The notes under the pieces: generated by a model | Told to the model about the DNA's origin: nothing | Database searches by the model: none | The model's input: the letters and a program-made list of their open reading frames with translations, nothing else | Made by a program: the position numbers and the translations under genes | NCBI RefSeq assembly: GCF_964355755.1 | Contig: NC_092671.1 | Span: 22,518,070-22,582,069, forward strand | Direction: 5' to 3' | Origin: Antedon mediterranea | Taxonomy: Eukaryota > Animalia > Echinodermata | Length of the DNA: 64,000 nt | In this document: positions 1 to 11,540 of the stretch, in pieces | How the letters are laid out: each line of letters starts with the position of its first letter | Numbering within the stretch: the first letter of the stretch is position 1

Positions 1-1797
1 GCCAACCTCCTACTTTGTTTGGCTACCACAACTTGGGCACACCAGCACCAGGCTGTATGCAGATAAATGGTGCTAACACCAGACCACTACAAAATCCATA
101 TTGGGACAACCACTACCGGAATGGACCTATCCAATTTTATCCACAACCAACTCAATATGCAACTCAACAACCAATCTGTACAGAATTTCATCCTACCAGA
201 CAATGGATACCACCTACTGTACCAGGCCAATATCCAATGTTTCACAGAAAGTGTTAGGACCTGATGAAATTGAACATTGATTGTAAAAGAAAGTGGATTT
301 ATTTGTTACCCAATTGGTTATTGACAGAACTTACAAGTGTTTGTGATTGAGTACTACAAAGAGATGGTTGATAATGTACCATGAGCAACAGGTAACTATT
401 CAGGCTGTGCATAAACATTGAGATGGTATCTACGGGGAATCACAAACTGGAACCAACCTGGTAATGACAGTGCATTGTGTACAGTTGTCGACAGATAACA
501 TGGACCAGCTAGTCTTCTATGGATGTATCGTTATTGGACGACGCATGGGTATGTCGCATGCATGCAACCCTTGCACATCCCTCTTAGACACCATGGAATG
601 AGGTAGTATCTGGAGTTTAGCTATGGCTAACTGTAAGAAGCTGGATCCTACATTCTAATATTGTGACACAATGAACTGTAGCAATTATCACTTAGATAAA
701 CTGTAAATAACTGAAATTTAATAAATATGTGTATTCGTTTGTGGATGTCGGGGACGACATCACATTTGTGGGGGAGTATGTTACCTGCACAGAAAAGTAG
801 GTCCCTATTAAATTTCGAGATCCAACGACCTGTGGAAAGTCACATGACCAGTTTGAGGTTGTTGCCTCTGGCATTGAGCTCATCATTATTAAAGTGCTCG
901 ATCCAGAGTTAACAACTTCTAACTGAGGTCTATGTAATTCTTTCACAGGTAAGTTTATGATATTTTATATTCTTTTTAACTTATATATATTATAATTATG
1001 ACAATTTGTTATGTTATGTTTCACAAGGATACTGAGTTATTTCTCCAGTACCCAGATTGAAATTATTAAGTAAGAAACTGAGAGGATAAACAGAGCGAAT
1101 ACTGTGATCAGATGATTGTTGTTCATTTTAGAAAACAATCATTATATTTTAAGGTTAATGCTAGATGATTAAGTTATGTATTTAGTACAGGATAGAGATA
1201 ATAGCTAAATGTTTATACTTTCATTTTATGTCAATATAATGTAACGAATTATTAGGCTCAATAGCTATTAGAGGCCCTGTTAACAAAAAGAGTATATACA
1301 ATGTATAAGGTTCATGACCTTGCCATTAATTGCTGTGGTATGTAAGGCTCTGCTAGTGGAACTGGCCGTTACTATGGTAACCAAGGTAGTGAGTCAATAG
1401 TTGCACTGATAACTACACCCATGGTACCAATTTAGAATTGGGTTTTATAACTATACTGGTTTCCTTATTTAGAAATCACATATGCTAGTGTAGAGTTGTA
1501 TACACTGATAAGATGACCTTAAATTAATGTATCATGTTTTTGGTTTAATTCAGTCAGATAATTCAATCAATAATTAACGAGTTTATGTAGAGATTATTTA
1601 GTTAGTTATTAAACATAATGTTGGGTAAAGGACCAATAGCTAGATTGATGTATTAGTTAAATTGTTTCATGTGTTAACACTCGTCATTATAATTGTAATG
1701 TGTTAAGATTGATTATTAAAGTGCTCGATCCAGAGTTAACAACTTCTAACTGAGGTCTATGTAATTCTTTCGCAGTCGAATATCCTGAACCGTAAAA
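1..1797 (+). mobile_element. 3' portion of a Gypsy-type LTR retrotransposon (element A): Pro/Gln-rich ORF tail, 3' UTR, PPT, 3' LTR
   Basis: Hairpin GATGTCG-GGGA-CGACATC (744-761), G-rich PPT GTGGGGGAGTA (768-778) and TGTTAC at 779 mirror the PPT/LTR junction of the complete Gypsy at 17393-17428. The ORF open from the window start to 257 is P/Q-rich like Gypsy pol tails. Confidence 0.7.
779..1797 (+). repeat. 3' LTR of Gypsy element A (right boundary approximate)
   Basis: Starts TGTTAC right after the PPT. Ends near CCGTAAAA (GTAACA expected, one mismatch), where the LINE 3' UTR begins. TATTAAA at 806, ATTAAA at 888 and 1715, internal 64-bp direct repeat. Confidence 0.6.
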
Positions 1798-1850
1798 ATA
1801 GATTATATAAATTATTTAAGAAATATCAAATATATCAATAATAAAAGAAT

Positions 1851-4800
1851 TTACAAAGAACCTTCAACCAATAATAGTTTAAATTGACGTTTAAATAAAG
1901 CACAGTTATGAGATTTTTTAAGGGATAAAGGAAGAGAATTCCAGAGTTTAGGTCCAGTGTATACAAGGGTATTCATTTTAAGACTAGTTCGAGTAAATGA
2001 CAGGTGATACTGATCTTTTTGTCTTGTTTGGTGAGTGTGGTATTGTTTATTTTGAGTGAATTTACTGGATATTATAGGTGGTAAGTGTCCGGCGGTTAAT
2101 TGAAACATGATGACACCAACATTAAATCAATAGAGATCCTCAATTTTTAATATTTTATTTTTTTGAAAGAGATCTTGGGTGTGAGCACGAAAAGTTACCC
2201 CTGAGATAATTCTGACAGCTCGTTTCTGGATTAATAAAAATGTTAGTAATAATTGATTTTGAAGCATTTCCCCAAGCAAGAACACCATAAGTACGATCAA
2301 ATAAGATTAGAATATAAAATATTTAATACTTTTTGAGGAAATATTGATTTCAATTTATACATCATGCCAACATTTTTTGATAATAATTTGCAAAGGTAAT
2401 TAACATGGGCTTTCCAGTCGAGTCTGTCGTCAATGAATATACCAAGAAATTTTGTGTTGGTTATTTGATTAATAGGAACATTGTTGAAAATAATATCTTT
2501 TGGTAACATACTATATTTGTTACTAAACAACATAAAATTGGTTTTTAGCATATTTAGTGATAGCTTGTTTGCTTGTATCCAAGTAGTAACCTTTTTTAGT
2601 TCTTGATTAACGATGTCACAGAGACTATCTGGATCATCATGTGAATAAAACAGACTTGAATCATCCGCAAACAGTATTGACGACATGACATTAGATATAT
2701 TATTGAAATCATTTACATAAATTATGAAGAGAAGTGGGCCCAGAATCGAACCCTGGGGGACACCACATGTAACAGGTCTGCAGCTTGATTTAAAATTATT
2801 TAATGATACAAATTGTTGCCTATCAGAAAGGTAACTTCTAAACCATTTTTGAGCCACCCCTCTAATTCCATAGTTTGATAATTTATGCAGTAAGATTTCA
2901 TGATTAACAGTATCGAAAGCTTTGGAGTAATCGAGGAAAATACCAATTGTATGCATATGATTATCTAAGGCTGATGTAATCATGTCAACGAAGTGTAAAA
3001 TGGCATGTGACGTAGTGTGCTTTTCTCTAAATCCAAATTGAATGTTTGAAAAAATATTACACTGGTTTAAAAAATGTAAAGTCCGCATATATATTATTAC
3101 AAGCTTTTCTAAAATTTTTGAAAATGATGTCAATAGTGAAATTGGTCGGTAATTTGATGCTTCTTGAATAAAGGAATTACTTTCGCAATTTTCATTCTTT
3201 TAGGGACACACCCGTTACATATTGAATTGAAGGCGTTACAATGTTGGTAATAATGCTTTTAATTAAATCATTGCTTATTCCATCAAATCCAGGACTTTTT
3301 TTTTTCTTAAGGGTATTTACACTATCAATAACGTCCATTTCCGTTATTGGAACGAAAAAAATACTGTTTTTATTCGGATCATTCATATAACTATGAAAAG
3401 ATTTGTTTGTAGTTGGAATCGATTGTGCTAAGGAAGTGCCAATATTTGAGAAATATTCATTGAGGTGTTCAACTATGATATGTTTGTCATCGATAGTTTG
3501 ACCATTAATTTTAAATTTTCCGATCGCTTTGCGACTTTGGTCGGGATTCAATACAGAATTTATCACTTTCCACGTTCCTCTTATATCATTGTATACGGAT
3601 TGAAATTGACCGAAAAAATAGTCTTTCTTAGCAGAACGTATTAAGGATGTAAGAATATTTTTATATTTGTTATATTTCGTCTTAGATTCGAGTGTTTTAG
3701 AAATTTTAAATTTATAAAAAAGTTTGTTCTTCTTATTTATTGATTTTAATATAGACCTTGATATCCATGGCATACGAGGGATTTTTTTACGACTTCTGAC
3801 ACGACTTGCCCTTTGACTAAAACATTCATTTTGAAGAAATTTAAGTCTTTCCATAAATACATCAAAAGACTTGATAGCGTCATTTTCATCTAGAACTAAT
3901 TGCCAATCAGAGTTTACCAAACGTTCTTTAAAGTGAGCCAACGATTGGGATTAAAAGAGTAGATTGTCTTATTACAATGACAGTTACAATGTTGATTAAC
4001 CGTTAGCGAGGTTTTTGCAAATATCGGAAAATGATCCGATATATCGGATACAATAATTCCCGAGACCGGGAAAGGGTGGATATTGCTAAAAATATTGTCA
4101 AGTAACGTAGATGAAGTATCAGTTACACGTGTGGGTTTGGTAATAAGTGGAATAAGTGAAAATGAAATTAATGTATCTAGAAATTCACTAATGCGTGCAT
4201 TTTCATCGTGATGTAGTAAATTTAAATTAAAATCGCCCATAATAAACACATTTTTATTGTTATTACATATATTATGATTGATTTTAACATTACTAATTCA
4301 TACCTTGATTATGACGCATTTGATGATCAAGGGTTTTTTCCTTTAAATTGTGAATACCTCACTGAACACAAATTTCATGAACATTTTGCATCGGATACAA
4401 ACCAAATTTCATTACTACACTTCAATATCCGGAACATTGTTGAAAATAATATCTTTTGGTAACATACTATATTTGTTACTAAACAACATAATATTGGTTT
4501 TTAGCATATTTAGTGATAGCTTGTTTGCATGTATCCAAGTAGTAACCTTTTTTAGTTCTTGATTAACGATGTCACAGAGACTATCTGGATCATCATGTGA
4601 ATAAAACAGACTTGAATCATCCGCAAACAGTATTGACGACATGACATTAGATATATTATTGAAATCATTTGCATAAATTATGAAGAGAAGTGGGCCCAGA
4701 ATCGAACCCTGGGGGACACCACATGTAACAGGTCTGTAACCTTTTTTAGTTCTTGATTAACGATGTCACAGAGACTATCTGGATCATCATATGAATAAAA

Positions 4801-5379
4801 CAGACTTGAATCATCCGCAAACAGTATTGACGACATGACATTAGATATATTATTGAAATCATTTAAATGATTAAATAATGATATGTTACTTTGTGGTGGT
4901 CTGTACACGACTCCAACGACAATATTTTTTTTATTAGGACATCTGATTTCTACAAAAATAGATTCCAATATGTTATTCATAAATTGTAATTCAGATAATT
5001 CTTGGCAATCGAAGGTAGAAGGCAAGTATATTGCTACACCACCTCCACGTTGATCGCCAGGTCTACTGTTTGTTAACAAATTATAGCCAGGGAGTGAGTA
5101 AAGGTTATGTGAAGAATCAGATAGCCAAGTCTCTGTGAGACCAACAATTGTAGGAGCAGAATCAATATGTGATAAAAAAGAATTATAGAGGTGGTCAAGA
5201 TTTGTATTCATGCTACGGATATTGAAGTGTAGTAATGAAATTTGGTTTGTATCCGATGCAAAATGTTCATGAAATTTGTGTTCAGTGAGGTATTCACAAT
5301 TTAAAGGAAAAAACCCTTGATCATCAAATGCGTCATAATCAAGGTATGAATTAGTAATGTTAAAATCAATCATAATATA
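1851..5379 (-). pseudogene. LINE ORF2 (APE endonuclease + reverse transcriptase), frameshifted and rearranged
   Basis: Motifs GLTETWL, GGGVAIY, YRPP, MGDFN, SDHFPI, PWI, KAFDTVNH, GVPQGSILGP, FADD, KFLG and C-terminal GPKLWNSLP. Confidence 0.95.
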
Positions 5380-5654
5380 TGTAATAGTGTGCATTTTTGA
5401 TTTGTTTAAATTTACTTTTATAATTCTTTTACCTTTTATTTTTTAATAACTTCAATGTTAAGTTTTCTTAATTAATTCTTAGTTTGTAGTTAGGACCCCC
5501 AATTCCTAACATCTGGAAAGAATATGATAATCTATCAACTGTTCACTAATTACACTAATTGTGGAATTTATAACTGCCCTAATGGGATTTCTAATGGAGT
5601 TGCTGTAAACAAGTGTTACTGTCCAGTGGTCCAGTTTGCCCTAGCTTTAACTGA

Positions 5655-6646
5655 GGGCCTATTCAGACCTACGGAGTTATGCTTTCGTATTGTACGCGGC
5701 GTACAAGTCCATAGGTCTGAACCAGGAAAAGATTAGTGGAAGCCACCTCGTACGACACTGATATTCGTACGCTACGAAAGCTCAAGGTATGAGTTTAGTG
5801 GACGTCGCTTACAATACGAAAGTCACGCATCGATGAATATGACCTAGGTTAGATATCTAGCCAATCAAATTACAATATTCGCCACATCACATCGTGACAT
5901 GTGCTCCTCATCGTATAGCCAAGCTGATCCATTTGTTGTGATCGGTGAACGTGCGAAAAAATCATACCTTTTGTTGTTACACTATATTATTATTAATATT
6001 ATTATATTAATTAATTTAAAATGTCATCGAAGCGTGTGCATTGGCGAGAAACCGAAGTAAAATACCTTATTTCATTGTGGGGAAGCCCTGAGTTTCAGAG
6101 ATCGGTTGGAAGTGAAAAACTGGCGTAAAAGCACCGACAACATGATGTCTGTGTTCAACGAGATGGCGGACACGTTAGCAGATGGGCCATCCTCATAAAG
6201 AAGGATTTAATATCCAAACGAAATTGAAGGGGTCGTCATATGAAGCGGCGAAAGACCGAGTAAATAAATCTGGAGCCGGTGCAAGTACGGGATTTGAACA
6301 TTTTTCTGCCATAAATGATATTTTAGGTCATAGACCAAATATAAACCCAAACCCCAAAACGATCGGCTGGTTGGTATGCCTGACAACCAATCGATAATGC
6401 CGACCGAGCCCAAGTGTTCGGTCTAGGCCTGTAACTCCTAAACCAACCACTACTACTTTTAATAACAACGAAGGTAGGTCTATGCGTGTGTTAGAGTTTG
6501 GTTAATCGCCAGCGAGTGACATCATATCCGTTTGTAACGCAACTTCGTTGCAATGAATCTGAACACTTTGCTCTTACGACGACGCTCATTAAAATATGAC
6601 CTTGGCTGTGATACGAAAGCATAACTCCGTAGGTCTGAACATACCC
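5655..6646 (+). mobile_element. Non-autonomous PIF/Harbinger-type DNA transposon
   Basis: 36-bp TIRs (GGGCCTATTCAGACCTACGGAGTTATGCTTTCGTAT vs GGGTATGTTCAGACCTACGGAGTTATGCTTTCGTAT), 3-bp TSD TGA, absent from the 3' LTR, carries a Myb/SANT remnant. Confidence 0.9.
6021..6397 (+). pseudogene. Myb/SANT-like (trihelix) DNA-binding ORF of the Harbinger element, frameshifted
   Basis: MSSKRVHWRETEVKYLISLWG...VFNEMADTLA...SYEAAKDRVNKSGAG...FSAINDILGHRP matches the trihelix/MSANTD pattern. Confidence 0.75.
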
Positions 6647-7434
6647 TGAGGTGAAGGTGAAGTGACACCAATCAAGACCAATCAATCGAATTATATGGGT
6701 GGAGTCTAGCCCCCTTATAAAATAGAAAGACAGGAAAAGGAGAGGAGAACAGAGAAAAAGATTCAAGAATCGACAAGTTATACAGAGAGCTGAGGAACAC
6801 TCAGAACTGAACACAAAGAAGTATCGTTTAGGAATTTATCCGAACGAAACAGTGTGTTGCAGAATTTGTTTTTTTATTTTAAGTTATTTGGCCATAAAAC
6901 CGAGAACCAGCTATTATTTAAGAATTTGATCCTGTCTTATTGAACAATTAAGAAGAAAACTACTTTCAACTTTTTATCAACTCATTTTGAATTGGACTGT
7001 TCTTGTTATCGTATTTGAATTTCTTTTGTTTCGCCGTTTGCTGGACTACATTTACTTTGATTGAACATTTTGTGCACATCCCCAAATTACCTCACGTGAG
7101 TAGTGTTAGGTTAGACTAGGTGTAGGTTTTAATTAAATATTATCTTGTTTTGCATAATTGTACTGTATTCTTTTAATTATTATTTAACAGAATAAATTAA
7201 AGTTATACAATTTTAGTTGTTGTGTTTAGTGTATTGCTTTCCTGCTGTGTGACGTAGCTCATACCGGCTGAGTGGTTAACCGTGAACCGGATCCCCACGA
7301 TTCCTTAGTGTCGTTTTTTTTATTCATTCGGAAGTTCGAGAGACCAGGTCCGAGTAAATATATTATTTGTAGCACGCGGTGCTAGCATTGCGCAAAACGC
7401 TTGCTAAGGAGAGTGAACACTCGCTACATCTTTT

Positions 7435-7452
7435 TGGCGCCCAATAAGGGAC
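7435..7452 (+). promoter_or_regulatory. Primer-binding site, tRNA-Lys-like
   Basis: TGGCGCCCAATAAGGGAC, 6 nt after the LTR end; 15/18 match to the tRNA-Lys(UUU) PBS TGGCGCCCGAACAGGGAC. Confidence 0.85.
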
Positions 7453-7817
7453 CTGGCATACAAAAATTGCAAATTTTTTTAGACACTTTGGAGTCAGGAT
7501 TCAATTCCACCAGCAGCAAAGCATCACACGTTTTTTGTTTTTGTTTTTTTTTTTATATTGTTTCAATTTAATTTCTAAAGTTTATTATCATTCAATTGCG
7601 ACTGAATAGTTTCTGTACATTTTATCAAAGCATTACCACTGTTTATCAGCAGTCTATTGTTCACAGGATTATTTATCATTTTAAATTCGCTTTTGTGAAA
7701 TTTATAATTTACAGTATTTATGAAAATAATTTTGTTGTAATAGTTTTTTTGTAAAATCTGCATTTCCCCCCTTTTCTTTTCATTATATTTTTTGTGGACC
7801 ATATATTAAGTTACGGT

Positions 7818-8869
7818 ATGTCACTAATAGATATTCCAGAGTACGATCCCAGTATGCCCGTATTACAGCCAATAAGCCCCACTTTACCGCCCGACCCAGC
7901 TCAAGACCCATTTAGTTGCCCACCAAATTTAACAGAATCAATCTCTCCTGTCCCTCTTTGTCCTTTACCATGCCCAGTTCCTGTAACTTCCACTTCCAAC
8001 AGCCGAACCTAATTCAAAGCATCATCCAATAGCACCCCCAATCCAATTCTATCCCCAGTATATGTCAAAGCAGTTCGTGCAACATAGATTTCCCCCCGTT
8101 TTCAGGTTCCTCTAAATCTGGCCCAGGCGAAGTTTCTTATGAAGCTTGGGCATTAGAAGCAGCTGTAGCTAGCGGTCAAAATTTGGAGGGGCTTTTACCA
8201 GCTGTACATCGTTCACTACGTGGCGAGGCCTCGCAAGTTGTTATTGGGTTAGGTCCGACTGCAAGCTTAACCGCTTTACTAGAAAAATTAAAATCCTTGT
8301 TTGCCAGTGTAGAGTCAGGAGCTGTACTTTTAGAAAAGTTTTATTCGTCGAAACAAAGTTCAGACGAATCTGTAGCAGGCTTTGCATGTAAAATAGAGAT
8401 ACTTTTCCATAGGATTTTAAAATCAAACACTCAGGCTAGACCTACAGAGGCTGCACTACGTGAAGTCATGTGGAAAGGTCTTGCAAATCAGTCATTTAAA
8501 TTGGCAGGTCGCCACTACTATGAACATCATAAGACTTTTGCAGAATTGGTAAGAGAGTTTCGTATTCTTGAACAGGAATTTTCAACCATGGACGGTGCAT
8601 CAGTTCATACATTGACTCCACCTACAACAACCACTCCTGTTCAATCTAACGAATTAACAGCCCTTAAAGCAGTATTGAGTAGGTTAGATAAATTAGAACT
8701 AAACCAGTCCGCATCACCAGCGACCCAACAATCTAAACCCATAGATCAACCTCAGCCCCATAACTATCGATATCAGCCACGGAGACCATCTAATAGGCCA
8801 CCGATCACCTACCATTGTGGACAGGATGGTCACATTGCTTGAAATTGTAGACAGTCTTTAAACGATTAA
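7818..8869 (+). pseudogene. gag: Gag (PNMA-like capsid + degenerate CCHC knuckle)
   Basis: FSGS...EVSYEAW, SLRGEA, LLEKFYSSKQSSDESV and YHCGQDGHIA*NC; internal stops and frameshifts. Confidence 0.85.
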
Positions 8870-8910
8870 GCACCTCCAATGTTGGCCAGTTTGCGAGGTG
8901 CCACGCAAGT
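8857..8910 (+). promoter_or_regulatory. -1 ribosomal frameshift signal (gag-pol)
   Basis: T TTA AAC in the gag frame, 6-nt spacer, stem GCACCTC (8870-8876) / GAGGTGC (8895-8901), possible pseudoknot TTGC/GCAA. Confidence 0.8.
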
Positions 8911-9041
8911 AAGCCCTACTTCAAAAGGCCTAAATCTATTCTTAATAAGTTAGTGGCTAAATCTAATGAAAGTTTAGCCTGGATAAATGGTATGTCTTAT
9001 CGATACTGGTTCTCAGGTTACCACGATTTCCGACACATTTT

Positions 9042-9406
9042 AAGTTTGACACTTCCAAGTTTGATTGTGATCTTGTTTCGTTGTTTTATTTTAATGTTCC
9101 TGTTCGTAATCTTCGTAGTAAACCCTTTCTTCATGTTAAATTTTCTCGTGTCAATGTTTGTAAAAATGGTATTTTCTGTAGACTCTCGTCATTGTACAAT
9201 TCATGTCTTTTAAAAAATAATTCTTTAGATATTTTTAACTATAATTTTTCTCAATTTAAATGTATTATTAATGAATTTATTTAAATTTTCTTTTTCATTT
9301 GTATATATTTATATTGGCTCATATTTTATAGTTTAGTTTTTTATTTTCAACCTGTTATTGGTGTTTTACACTGTTGGTTTGATATAAAGAATAAAATAAA
9401 GAATAA
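9042..9406 (+). mobile_element. 5'-truncated CR1-like LINE 3' end inserted in the protease
   Basis: TSD ACATTTT (9035-9041 / 9407-9413), ORF tail FNVPVRNLR...RLSSLYN...LDIF, A-rich AATAAA-like tail. Removal restores DTF-WRENL. Confidence 0.8.
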
Positions 9407-9780
9407 ACATTTTGGAGAGAAAACCTTAGTGATTTACCTATTTTTCCTATTAGTAATTTGATTAGAATAGAAGGTGCGACAGGTTCCGCCATACCTTTTT
9501 CTGGTTATATAGAAGTACCGTTGTCTTTTCCTGAATGTGTTACTGGAAAATGGGAACCGATTCAGTGCTTAGTTTTAGTTACCTTGACCACTAATTTTAC
9601 TTCTAATGTTCCTTTCATAGTAGGCACTAATGTTATTAACACTTGTTTTGATATTTGTTCTCAGCAGCAGCGTTTAGCGCATGTAAATTTAGAGTCGTGG
9701 CGATGCGCGTACAGCAATTTGCAAGTGCATAAGCGGTTGACGGACAGTGGACTGACAGCACTTGTACGTACTTGTAACGA

Positions 9781-10094
9781 TTTTTTTAAATTTTTTTTTA
9801 TTTTATTTTATTTTTTTATTTTATTCAATTTTCAGGCACACATACATGACAACACAACCCTGAGGATTGCCATGAGTGCAAAGCACTATCGAGATGGCTC
9901 TCCATATACTGCACTAGAACATATAAGACAAACATATACACAAGATGCTCTACATAGACAAAGACTTATTATTAAGTCTTTGGGAGTGGAGTTGTAAATT
10001 GTCATGAGAAAAAAACCCTGACATGACAGGACTTGAACCCAGGACCCTTAGATTGGTAGCCAAGCATCATAACCACCAAGCCACAGCTCCACTC
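9781..10094 (-). mobile_element. tRNA-derived SINE
   Basis: A box TGGCTTGGTGG, B box GGTTCAAGTCC, A-rich tail, TSD AACGA. Removal restores the pol frame (RTCN-DIILK). Second copy at 25074. Confidence 0.9.
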
Positions 10095-11540
10095 AACGAC
10101 ATCATCTTAAAAGCTGATACTTGTATGATTATCTATGGGAAAACTGATTTAAATTTTAAGGGGAAATATTCTGCTTTAGTAAGTCAAAAAATTCACACCT
10201 TACTGGCAGCATTGCAGTTACCCCTGCAGTGGTTTAGGTGGGCCAAACCAGTAAAATTCCCATACGAATCTCTAATCTTTCTAGTAAGGATATCATAATT
10301 AGGCCTTACACATTAATTTGTAACCTAGAGACTGTGAGTATAGAGAACCACCCCGATGTAGCTCATTGTAACTCACAGAATCTTAATGCCACAACTAAAA
10401 TTAAACACGATTCTGTAATTGATTCCCTCGATCTTAGCTTATGTCCTCTAAATAATGACCAAAGTAGAGAGGTAAAACAGTTTTTATCCTCATGGACTTC
10501 CGTCTTTTCACAACATGACACTGATATTGGATGTGCGACAGCAGTAAAACATAAAATTCCACTTACTAACACTACTCCATTCCGGCAACCCTATAGGCGT
10601 ATTCCTCCGTCTCAACTACAAGAAGTTAGGGAACATTTGAAAGAAATGTTAGATTGTGGTGAAATAAGGGAATCCCATAGTCCATATGCATCACCGATAG
10701 TTCTAGTTTGTAAAAAAGATGGTAGTCTACGATTTTGTATTGATTACCGTAAACTAAATAACATGACAATTAAAGATAGTTACTCTCTACCAAGGATAGA
10801 TGACACACTCGATGCACTCCATGGAGCAGTTTGGTTCTCCTCCTTAGATTTGAAATCAGGCTACTGGCAAATCGAAATGGATGACAATGACAAAGCAAAA
10901 ACCGCTTTTACCACCCCTCTTGGCTTCTATGAGTGTAATCGAATGCCTTTTGGATTAACCAATGCACCTGCAATTTTCCAGCGCTTGATGGAACGTTGCC
11001 TTGGTGAACTAAATTTTCAATCTTGTTTAATTTATTTAGATGATGTAATTGTATTTTCTAAGACCGTTGAGGAACACTTAGTTAGGCTGAATGCTGTTTT
11101 TGAAAAGTTACATGAATTGGCCTTAAATTAAAACCGTCCAAATGCAACTTGTTTCAGAAGCGTGTTAAGTACTAGGTCATGTGATATCTGAACATGGTAT
11201 TGAAACCGACCCAGACAAAATTTCTTCCCTGACTACATGGCCTGTTCCTACCAATATAAAAGAAGTGAGGTCATTTCTTGGCTTTGCCGGATACTATCGC
11301 CGTTTTGTCAAAGATTATTCAAAGATAGCTCGACCCCTTCACGCTTTAACTGGAGGATCGACAAGTTCTAAGCGTAAGTCAACACGTAAGACACCAACCC
11401 CCCTTTTTAATTGGAATCACGAATGTCAGAGGTCATTTGACACTTTAATTCAAACTCTCTCATCTCCGCCAATTTTGGCTTATGCTGACTTTTCTCAACC
11501 ATTTGTACTGCACACGGACGCTAGCTTTGACGGACTTGGC

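Larger units (their letters stand above)
5380..7428 (+). repeat. 5' LTR of Gypsy B (contains a 992-bp TIR element)
   Basis: TGTAATAG...CGCTACA. Aligns to 17428-18476 once 5655-6649 is removed. TATAAAA near 6716, AATAAA at 7191. Confidence 0.95.

Noticed and set aside
4274-4642. Short ORFs repeating LINE ORF2 peptides
   Set aside because: They come from the templated duplication and inversion, not from separate genes.
6491-6814. Duplicated minus-strand ORF (also 17664-17867)
   Set aside because: It is an antisense reading of the purine-rich LTR segment, duplicated only because the LTRs are.
10020-10094. tRNA gene (also near 25074)
   Set aside because: A and B boxes are present, but there is no proper cloverleaf, and the body, A-rich tail and TSD identify a SINE.
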